Below, piece after piece: positions 28,556 to 37,924 of a DNA stretch of 64,000 nucleotides; position 1 is the stretch's first letter; each line of letters begins with the position of its first letter. The notes below the pieces were generated by a model. The model ran no database searches and was not told the DNA's origin. It worked only from the letters and a program-made list of their open reading frames with translations. Source of the DNA: Fimbriimonadales bacterium (lineage in GTDB: Bacteria; Armatimonadota; Fimbriimonadia; Fimbriimonadales; JABRVX01); NCBI GenBank assembly GCA_045862955.1, contig BTVI01000016.1, positions 1 through 64,000 on the forward strand, written 5' to 3'. A program made the position numbers and the translations under genes.

Positions 28556-29503
28556 TTGCACGAACTGGCGGCGGCCCTGAAGGCGCGGGCAGTCGAAGAA
28601 GGCTTCGACCTCGTCGGAATCGCGCCGGCAGTGCCGCCGCCGCACTATGCCACCTACCTGCAGTGGCTGGCGAATGGCATGCACGGCGAGATGGCTTACA
28701 TGCACCGCCACAAGCACCTGCGTGCGCATCCCGAGAACCTGCTGCCTGGCGTACGGAGCATCCTGGTCGCCGCGATGAACTATGCTAGGGGCCCGCATCC
28801 CGCAAGGTCAGGGCACGGGCGCATCGCCGCGTATGCTTGGGGTCGCGACTACCACAAGGTGCTGCGGTCCAAGCTCCGCCGGGTGTCCGCGTGGTTGGTG
28901 TCCCAAGCGCCAGAGGTCCGGACGCGCATCTGTGTAGACTCGGCCCCACTCCTGGAGCGCGACTACGCCATGCTTGCGGGCATCGGGTGGTTCGGCAAGA
29001 ACTCGTGCATCATAAACACCCACTGCGGCTCTTATTTCCTGCTCGGCTGCCTGCTCACTACCCTAGACCTTCCGCCAGATACGCCCGCCGTGGGCGGCTG
29101 CGGCACCTGTGGACTGTGCCTCGATGCCTGTCCGACCGGTGCAATCGTCGGCCCCGGCGTGGTGGATGCCCGCCGCTGCATCAGCTACCTCACCATCGAG
29201 AAGCGCGGCCCGATCCCGGCACATCTGCAGCCGAGGATGCAGGACTGGGTGTTCGGGTGCGACGTGTGCCAAGACGTGTGCCCGTTCAACCATCCGCGCG
29301 AAAACGCCCCGGCGCGAGGAGCAACAGCAAGCGACCCAGAGATGGCCGCCCGCCTGGACCCCTCCCCGCGGCTCACCGAACTCGTTGGCATAACGCAGGA
29401 GGAGTTCTTCCGACGCTACGCGGGTACCGCCTTGATCCGCGCCAAGCACGAAGGTCTCGTGCGAAACGCCCGCGTCGCCCTAAGAAACGACAAAGGGACT
29501 TGA
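28556..29503 (+). CDS. queG: Epoxyqueuosine reductase
   Basis: YAWGRDYH, VDSAPLLER, GWFGKN, CGTCGLCLDACPTGA, CISYLTIE, GCDVCQDVCPFN. Confidence 0.95.
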   Translation: MHELAAALKARAVEEGFDLVGIAPAVPPPHYATYLQWLANGMHGEMAYMHRHKHLRAHPENLLPGVRSILVAAMNYARGPHPARSGHGRIAAYAWGRDYHKVLRSKLRRVSAWLVSQAPEVRTRICVDSAPLLERDYAMLAGIGWFGKNSCIINTHCGSYFLLGCLLTTLDLPPDTPAVGGCGTCGLCLDACPTGAIVGPGVVDARRCISYLTIEKRGPIPAHLQPRMQDWVFGCDVCQDVCPFNHPRENAPARGATASDPEMAARLDPSPRLTELVGITQEEFFRRYAGTALIRAKHEGLVRNARVALRNDKGT

Positions 29504-29564
29504 CGTTCGCCCCCGAATGCGCTAGATTCAGCGAGTTCGGTCGACTGAAAGGAGAACCCAGCCC

Positions 29565-30527
29565 ATGAAGACTATCCCTTGCATCCTCGGCCTCCTGCTC
29601 CTACCACTCGTGGCAGCGGCAGTCCCCAACTGGGACATGAGCGGCACGGCGTACGAGGCCACCATCTCCTACACCTTTACCACCTCGCCCTTCCCGCTGT
29701 CCGACAGCGATACGAAGACCGGCCCGCTTCTCTTCGGCCAGCAGGACGAAGCGGGGAACGTGCCCGTTGAAATTACCCTGACGATCGGCGACGGCGTGTT
29801 TCCCATCAACTGCTCCGGCCTCGTACAGGGCAACAACATCCACGTGTACACCCCGGAGCCGGTGCCCGGCCCGTTCTCCTACCGCACCAGCTTCTGGATC
29901 GGGCCGATCGAATGCATCATGGACGTGACGCTGACGAACGTGGTTGTCGACATAGACCTTCGCGTTGCCAGCTCGACGTTCATGGACTGGGGAGACGGGA
30001 CGGTGGAGTGCGACCTCGCGGTCACTTCGCCCAACTGCTTCATTCCTAGTGTGGACCGCGGATACGTGGACGTGACCGCGTTCACCGCGACGGGTGGCCC
30101 GGCCAAGCGCTACATGACGCTCAGCGGCACGGCCTCCCTCGGCGGCTACGTGGGCTCGCTCTCGACCAAGGATCTGCTGCTGTCGCTCTCGGGCCCCTCG
30201 CCGACCGACGTGGCGCTCTCGATGGACGGTTCGGGCGCTTGGTCCGAGCGGGTGGCGTTGGTCCCAGGGACTTACACGCCCCGCTTCTCCTCCCAGTATT
30301 ACTTGCGGCACGCATTGCCGGCCCTCGGCCTCGAAGGCGACACTGGGGGGCTGAACGCGAGCCTGATCGGTGGCGATGCCGACTCCAGTAACCAGGTGAC
30401 GATCGCCGATCTCAATGCCGTGCTGGTCGGATTCGGCGGGACCACCCCAGACCTCGACGGCAGTGGCACGGTGGACCTCGGCGACCTCAACCTGGTGCTA
30501 CTGAACTTTTCCAAGGCAGGAGACTAG
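29565..30527 (+). CDS. Secreted protein with C-terminal Ig-like and dockerin/EF-hand-like domain
   Basis: Signal peptide; GDADSSNQVTIADL...DLDGSGTVDLGDL duplicated Ca-binding motif; AGGAG RBS. Confidence 0.75.
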   Translation: MKTIPCILGLLLLPLVAAAVPNWDMSGTAYEATISYTFTTSPFPLSDSDTKTGPLLFGQQDEAGNVPVEITLTIGDGVFPINCSGLVQGNNIHVYTPEPVPGPFSYRTSFWIGPIECIMDVTLTNVVVDIDLRVASSTFMDWGDGTVECDLAVTSPNCFIPSVDRGYVDVTAFTATGGPAKRYMTLSGTASLGGYVGSLSTKDLLLSLSGPSPTDVALSMDGSGAWSERVALVPGTYTPRFSSQYYLRHALPALGLEGDTGGLNASLIGGDADSSNQVTIADLNAVLVGFGGTTPDLDGSGTVDLGDLNLVLLNFSKAGD

Positions 30528-30612
30528 GGCCGGCCGCCAGTCTGGGGTATCCTAGAGGCCCCGTGAAGCAGCATCGCGCGTCGCCGACGTGCCGGCGTGA
30601 GGAGGTGGGAGA

Positions 30613-30780
30613 ATGGCAAGTAAGGCAAAGGGCAATCGGGTGATTATCAAGCTCAAGAGTACCGAAAGTCCGCACTACTACACAACGTGGAAGAACAAGC
30701 AGAAGACGCCGGATAAGCTGGAGCTGAAGAAGTACGACCCGGTCGTCCGCCGCCACGTGCTGTACAAGGAAGGGAAGTAG
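30613..30780 (+). CDS. rpmG: 50S ribosomal protein L33 (Cys-free form), absent from the ORF track
   Basis: Translated by hand: [67 protein letters not shown]. Confidence 0.96.
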   Translation: MASKAKGNRVIIKLKSTESPHYYTTWKNKQKTPDKLELKKYDPVVRRHVLYKEGK

Positions 30781-30810
30781 CCTCTCCCCGTCCGTTTCGA
30801 ACTTGCGCAG

Positions 30811-30843
30811 GGGCCCCACCGTCCGCCGCGGTGGGGCTTCTGT
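30811..30843 (+). terminator. Probable intrinsic terminator hairpin after rpmG
   Basis: GCCCCACCG-N7-CGGTGGGGC stem with a short TTCTGT tail. Confidence 0.5.
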
Positions 30844-30897
30844 ACTCCTTCCCGATAGGCTCCGAAGCACTGAGCCCTCGCCGTCTGACCGTGTTCT

Positions 30898-31338
30898 ATG
30901 CCCCCGCCCACGCCCGCCACTCCGCAGCACCGAGGGCATCAAGCCGGCCCAAGGACCGCGCCGGGGCTCTGAACCAGCCTCTCATGCCCTGGCCGAAGTT
31001 GCGAGGGAGTTCCATTCCCCGGCCCGCGTCCGCCGCTTGGCATCAGCTGCGGGACTGGCGCCGTCACGCTGCTCCTGCCCCCGCGCTGACCTTTCCATGC
31101 CTAGACGTTTCGGCTGTCGTCTGCCGCCAGGCGCCCGCCCAGCGACCCACCTAGCAGCCGAACGTCGAGGCACCCGGCGCCAGCGGCTGGTGATTCCCCC
31201 CTCACCCCAACCCTCTCCCCCGGGAACGGGGGAGAGGGAGGGAGATTCCATGTCGAGGCTTCTGTATGCCCCGGCCCGCATCCGCCGCTTGGCAGCACCG
31301 AGGGCAGGAAGCCAACCCAAGGACCGCGCCGGGGCATA
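30898..31338. repeat. REP-like mosaic: GCCCCGGC...GCCGGGGC elements, a CCCTCTCCC/GGGAGAGGG hairpin and a long IR
   Basis: Element copies at 30898-30967, 31014-31042 (partial) and 31265-31338; hairpin 31196-31240; IR 31098-31116/31155-31172. Confidence 0.75.
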
Positions 31339-31533
31339 AGTCGCAGCGCCCTCACCCGAGCAACAAAGGCCTTTTCAACAACCCCCTTGGCAGGGATGAA
31401 AACAGGGCACGTGCGCTGCTTAGTATGCAGGATTCCAGCAAGAGCCGGAATCCAGATACCCCAGCACCGGTGCAGACCCCTCGGTTCCGTTCGCCCGTTC
31501 GGTAACGGTCCGTGACGCCGCGCAGGCCAGGCC

Positions 31534-32466
31534 CTACAGCCGTCGCCTCTTTGCTTGCAGAAGGACCACCAACCCTGCAGCCAGCGTCGCCAGTGCGCTC
31601 GGCTCGGGCACCGACACGAAGGTGCCGAAGCTCCCGTCATTCGCGAACGTCCGGATGTGGTTCAACTCCGCGTCCAGCAGAACCGTGCCGCCCTCGGCCA
31701 TCAGCATCACCACGCCATCATCACTGATCCGGACGTCCGTGGACCAGCCCGACACGTTGTAGCTCGCGAGCAGCTGCATGCTGGGCGACAGCTTCATGAC
31801 GCCGCCGTACAACTGCGAGACGTAGATGTTGCCGGCAGCATCTACCGCGATGCTTCGGTTCGTGTAGGTAGGGTTCGGCGGCGAAAAGGTCTGCACGCCG
31901 GAGAGTGTCCACGGGTCGAAGCTGCGGATCACCGTTCCGCTCGGGCTGCCCGAACCCCATAAGGCATACAGGAGCCCGTCTTGTCCAGCGACGACGTCAA
32001 TCGAGTTGTCAGCGGGGCCGAATCGCGTCCACGTCCCGTCACTCAGGTCCAACCGCACGAGGCCGTTGGCCTCACCACCGCCGTATGTAGAGCAGTCGGT
32101 CGCAAACACATAGTTGCCGAACGTCGTCACCTTGCCCATCGTCACGTTGTTGACCGTGGAGAGCCCTGGCACTAGATAGTGAGTCCAGGTTCCCGTGCTC
32201 ATCCTTAAATGCGAGATCGCGGCTTGGAATGTACCGTTGTAGACCACGAGGTCGCCGCTGGATGTAACGGCTATGCCGCGAGGCTCACCGTCGCCGCCGG
32301 GTGCCTGCGGAACACCGATGGTCTGAACCAGCTGGCCTTGTCGCGTGTACTCGAATACCTGGCCGTTACCGCAGACCAGGATGTTCCCATAGGTGAACGG
32401 CTGCAGAGCCGAAACTGTGGTGAGGGCAGAAGCCGCTACGCTGCATGTGACAAGAAGGTGTCGCAT
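31534..32466 (-). CDS. PEP-CTERM protein with NHL/SMP-30-like beta-propeller
   Basis: Signal peptide; PRGIAV and SIAVDAAGNIYVS repeats; VPEPS + TM + KRRR at the C-terminus; AGGAG RBS. Confidence 0.85.
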   Translation of the reverse strand: MRHLLVTCSVAASALTTVSALQPFTYGNILVCGNGQVFEYTRQGQLVQTIGVPQAPGGDGEPRGIAVTSSGDLVVYNGTFQAAISHLRMSTGTWTHYLVPGLSTVNNVTMGKVTTFGNYVFATDCSTYGGGEANGLVRLDLSDGTWTRFGPADNSIDVVAGQDGLLYALWGSGSPSGTVIRSFDPWTLSGVQTFSPPNPTYTNRSIAVDAAGNIYVSQLYGGVMKLSPSMQLLASYNVSGWSTDVRISDDGVVMLMAEGGTVLLDAELNHIRTFANDGSFGTFVSVPEPSALATLAAGLVVLLQAKRRRL

Positions 32467-32632
32467 GGCTGATACTCCTGTGGGAAAGGATGCCAGCCAG
32501 GTTCCGAGGCGCACAGCAAGACAGACCGGCAGGCGGTTACTCGCCTGCCAACGCTGTTAATCTACAGCAGGTTCGACAGAATCGCCACGAAACGGCCTCA
32601 GGAATTTGCGTACCTCTCGGCCCGGCATCGAG

Positions 32633-33814
32633 TTAGGGTACTCCCGTCTCCACCTGTGAACGGACGCGGAATCGCAGTGGCACACGCGGGAGGCGTATCT
32701 TCCGCTTCGGTCGGTCTTCCACCACGTGCTTCAGGATGCGCTCCAGCACGACCTTGACGCTTCCCGCAACCGGGTATGCGAATACTACTCCGAGGAAACC
32801 AAAGAGCACGGCACCGCAAGCAATGGCGAAGAAGCTCATGAATAGGTGCAGACCCACCGCGGAACCGGCGATTCGCGGCATGACTAGCATGCCGAACAAC
32901 TGGTCGAACGCCAGATAGATTCCCAACGTGCCCACGAAATGGAGCCCAGGCCCCCCTATCGGTAGATAGGGGGACAGACCGGAGGCAGGGTTTGCCAAGA
33001 GCACGATGACGAGAAGGGAAGAGCTGAGCACCGGACCGACATAAGGTGCGGCAGAGAATGCCCCAGTGACGAATCCGAGCAGAATCGGGCTCGGGAGGCC
33101 GAGGAATGCGAAAAGACCGGCAGCGACTACGGCGTAGAGGAACGTGGACAGTAGAAGACCACGAACATAGTTGGTGAACACATCTCCGACATCGTCCAAT
33201 AGCTCGAGCGAGCTATTGCGGATTGACATCGGGATCAGCCCGATTGCCCGGCGCCTCAGATTGTCGTAGTCAGTGATGACGACGAACGTAAGAATGGGGA
33301 CCAACAAGAGCTGAAGGATCCAGCCCGCGACCTGAGAGATCCTGGCCAGTAGAGTGCGGCCCAGCCCGAGTACGTACTCCTCGGCACCAGCCAGCCGCGG
33401 CTTGACCACTTGTTCGAAGATACCTTGCCGGGTAGTTTCAAGACCGAAGGCCTCTAGGAGCTTGGCATTCTTCTCGAGCCACGCGTCGTCCGGTATGGCC
33501 TGGGAGACGGTGGACTGCAGTTTGGCGACGTACTGGGGCATCTTTCGCTCCAAGTCCTGGACCTGCCTCACGGCAGGCGGACCAAGCAGGATGCCAGCCA
33601 GTGTCAAGACTAAGAACACGAGCACGTAGACGAGCGCTACGGCTCTGAGACGCGAGTACCCTGCCTCGCGTAGCCGCTTGATTGTCGGCTCCATGAGCAT
33701 GGCAAGCAGCCACGCGGCGATGAATGGCGGCAGGATCGAGCGGACCTGATACAGGAACCAAAGGGCGGCCACAAGCAGGACCGCCCATATCGTTACACGC
33801 CAATAGTTCCGCAT
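32633..33814 (-). CDS. AI-2E family transporter
   Basis: Multi-TM; NYVRG, PYVGP, MPRIAGSAVGLH, FGFLGVVFAYP. Confidence 0.88.
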   Translation of the reverse strand: MRNYWRVTIWAVLLVAALWFLYQVRSILPPFIAAWLLAMLMEPTIKRLREAGYSRLRAVALVYVLVFLVLTLAGILLGPPAVRQVQDLERKMPQYVAKLQSTVSQAIPDDAWLEKNAKLLEAFGLETTRQGIFEQVVKPRLAGAEEYVLGLGRTLLARISQVAGWILQLLLVPILTFVVITDYDNLRRRAIGLIPMSIRNSSLELLDDVGDVFTNYVRGLLLSTFLYAVVAAGLFAFLGLPSPILLGFVTGAFSAAPYVGPVLSSSLLVIVLLANPASGLSPYLPIGGPGLHFVGTLGIYLAFDQLFGMLVMPRIAGSAVGLHLFMSFFAIACGAVLFGFLGVVFAYPVAGSVKVVLERILKHVVEDRPKRKIRLPRVPLRFRVRSQVETGVP

Positions 33815-33829
33815 GCGCAGCAGGGAGAA

Positions 33830-34081
33830 CTAGCCGGCTTCTGCCTCCAGCTCGGCCTCTTCCTTCCCCTTACCACGCTTTGCCTTCTGCTCGGCGTACC
33901 ATTCACTCAGCTTGCGCTTCATCTCGGCGAGCTGCCTCGCGACGTCTTCCCGGGTCTCTGTCCCAGGCTTCGGCGCGAACATCAGACCTGCCGCGGCGCC
34001 GATCAGCGCCCCCAAGCCGATGCCGGCCAACATGTAGATCAGTACGTTGCGATCCTCGCCGCCGCTCTCGTCACTCATCAC
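33830..34081 (-). CDS. YtxH domain protein
   Basis: GALIGAAAGLMFAPKPGTETR signature; GGAGG RBS. Confidence 0.88.
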   Translation of the reverse strand: MMSDESGGEDRNVLIYMLAGIGLGALIGAAAGLMFAPKPGTETREDVARQLAEMKRKLSEWYAEQKAKRGKGKEEAELEAEAG

Positions 34082-34221
34082 TCAACCTCCTCTTGCCGTT
34101 GACGCTTCCGCCGCACGGTGAGCGAAGCGTCCTCATCGCAATTGTCGGGTCATGGGGCTCAGGCACGGACTGAAGTGATCCTGCGCCGACGTCCTCCCGA
34201 GCCCTACTTCGAACGCCGCGC

Positions 34222-35322
34222 CTACTGTGTATCGCGCGAAACGATCGTGCCTCCCGCGATTACGGTCTCGCCACGGTAGAACACCGCCGCTTGACCCGGG
34301 GTGACCGCCGATACCGGCTCCACGAAGCGAGCAGTGAGACGGCCAGCCCCATCCGGAGGCAGCAACACTGCCTCCCGGGCCGCCATATTATACCGTATCT
34401 TTGCGGATACCCTTAGCGGCTCGGTGATCCCCTCGATGGCACCCCACACAACGTCTTCCACCGTCACCTCATGCGAAAACGTGTCCCGCCTATCGCCGAC
34501 GATGAGCGCGTTGCTCGCGGGGTCCAACGCTAGTACGAACAACGGCCTGCCGCCCGTTGCGATGCCGATACCCTTGCGTTGTCCGACGGTGTATTGAGCT
34601 AGCCCTCCGTGCGTGCCGAGACGATTCCCCTCGCGGTCGAGTATGGGACCCTCGCGGAACGCTTCCGGGACCCGCGCACGCAGGAACTCCCGATAGCCTC
34701 CGGCCTCGCTCACGAAGCAAATGTCCTGCGACTCCTGCTTGCCCGCGACCGCCAGCCCGGCCGAGCGCGCGAGGTCACGTGTGGCTGTCTTGTCGCGCAT
34801 CGTGCCCAGCGGAAAGCGTAGTCGGGCGAGCTGCTCTTGAGGCGCGGCATAGAGTGCGTACGACTGATCCTTCTCCGAGCACAGCGCGCGCATCAGTGCG
34901 AATCGCCCGTTCGGCTGAAGGCGCAGGCGGGCATAGTGTCCGGTCGCCAGGTAATCGCAGCCCAGCTCGCGTGCCTTCTCCAGAAGTAGGTCGAACTTCA
35001 CGTATCGGTTGCAGGCGATGCACGGGTTCGGAGTACGGCCCTGTGTGTACTCCTCGATGAAGCGCCGGATCACGTTCTCCCGAAAAGGGTCACGAAAGTT
35101 CAGCACGTAGTAGGGAATTCCCAGAGTATGCGCTACCCGCCGCGCGTCCTCTACCGCCCCGAGAGAGCAGCACCCAGCGTGACGGGAGTCCGTCTGGCTC
35201 TCCTGCCAGATCTGCATGGTGAGGCCCATGACTCGGTGACCGCGTCGCACCAACAGTGCTGCAACCGCGGAGCTGTCCACCCCCCCACTCATGGCCACCG
35301 CGATTCTCAGCTTCTCGGCCAT
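34222..35322 (-). CDS. mnmA: tRNA 2-thiouridylase
   Basis: AMSGGVDSS, TPNPCIACN, ATGHY, KDQSY, SQDICF, YTVGQRKG, TPGQ. Confidence 0.96.
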   Translation of the reverse strand: MAEKLRIAVAMSGGVDSSAVAALLVRRGHRVMGLTMQIWQESQTDSRHAGCCSLGAVEDARRVAHTLGIPYYVLNFRDPFRENVIRRFIEEYTQGRTPNPCIACNRYVKFDLLLEKARELGCDYLATGHYARLRLQPNGRFALMRALCSEKDQSYALYAAPQEQLARLRFPLGTMRDKTATRDLARSAGLAVAGKQESQDICFVSEAGGYREFLRARVPEAFREGPILDREGNRLGTHGGLAQYTVGQRKGIGIATGGRPLFVLALDPASNALIVGDRRDTFSHEVTVEDVVWGAIEGITEPLRVSAKIRYNMAAREAVLLPPDGAGRLTARFVEPVSAVTPGQAAVFYRGETVIAGGTIVSRDTQ

Positions 35323-35342
35323 CCGCCCCTCCGCCTCGAAAG

Positions 35343-36626
35343 CTAGGCGTGCGCCAACGCCTGCTCCAAGTCCTCCCGCAGGTCGTCTACGTTCTCTGTT
35401 CCGACGCTGAGTCGCACGAAATCATCGGTGACGCCAGCAGCCTCGCGCTCCTCGCGACTGATCGGCGAGTGCGTGGTGCTGGCTGGATGGATGGCGAGCG
35501 ACTTCGAATCGCCAAGGCTCACGGCGTGCGTGAACACGCGCAGACTGCCTAGGAAGCGGACGCCCGCGTCGAAGCCACCTTTCAGGCCGATCCCCATCAT
35601 TCCGCCGTAGCCTCCCTTCAAGTACTTACGGGCGTTCTCCCTGGTCGGATGGGATGCGAGGCCGGGGTAGCGGACCCAGGCGACCTTAGGGTGACGCTCG
35701 AGCCACTCTGCCAGAACCAGGGCGTTTTCCGACGCTCGCTGTACGCGCAGGTGCATGGTTTCGAGACCGAGGAGGAATAGCCAGGCGTTGAAGGGAGACA
35801 TGCATCCGCCGACGTCTCGCAGCATATAGGTGCGCAGCCGCTTGATGTATGCCATCCGACCGTACTTCTCCACCGGTCTCGCGTTGCGCAGCGCGGGATC
35901 GGGTTCGGTGAACTCGCTGAACCGCCCGTTGTCCCACGGGAAGTCGCCCTTGTCTACGAGCACACCGCCGATCGCCACCCCGTGCCCGCCAATATACTTC
36001 GTAGCACTGTGGACCACGATGTCAGCACCGTGGTCGAAGGGACGACATAGGAACGGCGTGACCATCGTGTTGTCCACGATCAGAGGTACACCGTGCCGAT
36101 GGGCAATCTCGGCGATGGCCGCGAGGTCCGGTACGTCCACCAGCGGATTGCCGATCGTTTCGACGTAGAAGCAGCGCGTGCGGTCGTCCACCGCGCGTTC
36201 CCAGGCCTCGAGGTCCAGAGGATCCACGAAGCGCGTCTCGATACCCATCCGTGGTAGCGGGTTGTTGAACAGCGCGTGCACTCCGCCGTACAGGCTGTGC
36301 GACGACACCATGTTGTCGCCGCATCGCAGCAGCGAGCAGCATGCGTACATCACGGCCGTCTGACCGGATGCAGTGGCCACCGCGGCAATGCCTCCCTCCA
36401 GCAGCGCCATTCGCTTCTCGAAAGTCTCCACGGTTGGGTTCTGAATGCGCGTGTAGCTGAAGCCGAGCGCCTCGCCGGAGAACACGCGTCCGGCTTCTTC
36501 TGGGGTGGGGAAGGAGAAGCCGCTGGTCTGGTAAATGGGCACCGCCTTAGCATGCGTGGTTGGGTCCGGAGACCAGCCGCCGTGAATGGCGATGGTCTCC
36601 ATGCGACACTGCATCGTTTCGTCCAT
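35343..36626 (-). CDS. metY: O-acetylhomoserine/O-succinylhomoserine sulfhydrylase (Cys/Met PLP enzyme)
   Basis: PIYQTS, YTRIQNPT, DNT, HSATKYIGGHG, SLAIHPASTTH, RLSVGTE. Confidence 0.85.
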   Translation of the reverse strand: MDETMQCRMETIAIHGGWSPDPTTHAKAVPIYQTSGFSFPTPEEAGRVFSGEALGFSYTRIQNPTVETFEKRMALLEGGIAAVATASGQTAVMYACCSLLRCGDNMVSSHSLYGGVHALFNNPLPRMGIETRFVDPLDLEAWERAVDDRTRCFYVETIGNPLVDVPDLAAIAEIAHRHGVPLIVDNTMVTPFLCRPFDHGADIVVHSATKYIGGHGVAIGGVLVDKGDFPWDNGRFSEFTEPDPALRNARPVEKYGRMAYIKRLRTYMLRDVGGCMSPFNAWLFLLGLETMHLRVQRASENALVLAEWLERHPKVAWVRYPGLASHPTRENARKYLKGGYGGMMGIGLKGGFDAGVRFLGSLRVFTHAVSLGDSKSLAIHPASTTHSPISREEREAAGVTDDFVRLSVGTENVDDLREDLEQALAHA

Positions 36627-36641
36627 CGAATCCTCCCTGGG

Positions 36642-37805
36642 CTATTGATCCTGCGCCTTTGCAGGGCCCAGCAATCGCTTGATGTTCGGTTCTTCGAGAT
36701 ACCGCTGCAGACCAGCACCGGCCGATGTGCGGCTCATCGTCAGCTTCCCATCCTCACCTCTCACTACTATAAAGAAAGTGGGGGTGGTCTGGATATCCAG
36801 CTTGTCCGCGTCAACGAGGTCTCGCAGCGTTCTCTGAAAGGCACGCTCCCTAGCCGACCCCTTCTCGGTTCGATCCTGCTTCAGGAACTTCTCCAATTCG
36901 TTCGGGTCCAAACCTACCGCGCGAGCATAGGGCAGGAAGTTGCCCTGCTGCCCGAGCTCGGGCTTGGCGAAGATCGCATCGTGCATCTCCCAGAACTTGC
37001 CGTGCTCGCCCGCCCATTCCGCGATCTCCGAAAGTACCTGTGCGTTCGGATGAAGGCGGTAGAGCGAACGATGCCGATACACCTCTCGCAGCGTGTGCGG
37101 GTACTTGGCAAGCAACTCCTTCAGCAGCTTTGCGTTCCTAGTGCAAGAGGGACACTGAAAGTCGGAGAACACCACGATGGTCACCGGCGCATCGGCCGGC
37201 CCTCGGGACCAGCTATCGGGTCTGAGAATCTCCGCGCGACTGTCCACGCGCTCCACGCGCATCACCGGTCCGTTCCAGACCCCGAACCACCCATAGCCTG
37301 CCGTTGCCACGAGTCCCAGGGCGAACACGATGCCGAGGCGAGCGGGCTCGCGGGCGAGGCGTACGGGAGAGGCACCCCGGACAGTGCTGTGCCATTCGAT
37401 CGTCGCGGCGATCCAGAGAAGCAGAATGAGCGCGGCGTGTGCGGCACACCACTCGCACCACACATGGAGGCTCTGGTAGCCGAGGAACAGCAACAGCGCG
37501 GACACCGCCATCGCAATGGAAGTCAGGCTCCACAGGATCGGCGTCGTTTTCAACCAAGTCCTCTCCTCTCTGCTCGGCCGCCACCAGCAGAGCCAGATAA
37601 CGAACAGGTCGAATAGCACGCCGAACGCCGCAACCGGGATGCTCCCCACCCGCGATAGCTCGCTGGCTGCGACGCTGGCGCAGCCCTTCGCGTCCGTACA
37701 GGGCAGCTCCTTCATCAGGGCATGTGACAGCCACAAGTTCGCTGAGATGAAGAAAGCCAGCACGGCTAGAATGAGGATGAACCGATTCGTCCAAACAACC
37801 TGCAT
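36642..37805 (-). CDS. VKOR-DsbA/thioredoxin fusion
   Basis: PC...GCASVAAS loop, WCEWC in the TM region, then FSDFQCPSC, KFWEMHD and TPTF. Confidence 0.88.
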   Translation of the reverse strand: MQVVWTNRFILILAVLAFFISANLWLSHALMKELPCTDAKGCASVAASELSRVGSIPVAAFGVLFDLFVIWLCWWRPSREERTWLKTTPILWSLTSIAMAVSALLLFLGYQSLHVWCEWCAAHAALILLLWIAATIEWHSTVRGASPVRLAREPARLGIVFALGLVATAGYGWFGVWNGPVMRVERVDSRAEILRPDSWSRGPADAPVTIVVFSDFQCPSCTRNAKLLKELLAKYPHTLREVYRHRSLYRLHPNAQVLSEIAEWAGEHGKFWEMHDAIFAKPELGQQGNFLPYARAVGLDPNELEKFLKQDRTEKGSARERAFQRTLRDLVDADKLDIQTTPTFFIVVRGEDGKLTMSRTSAGAGLQRYLEEPNIKRLLGPAKAQDQ

Positions 37806-37924
37806 AGGCGAGTTACGGGGAGTATACCGCTCAGGTCCTTGCCTCGACCCCGCCCGGCCGCCGTGGCTTCGCCGTCGCCGCCATGGGCAGCCGCCGCCGG
37901 TGGCAGTGGAGCGACGGGTGTCTG

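Noticed and set aside
30803..31640. ORFs across the rpmG to PEP-CTERM gap
   Set aside because: They are translations of GC-rich palindromic repeats with no RBS or domain signal.
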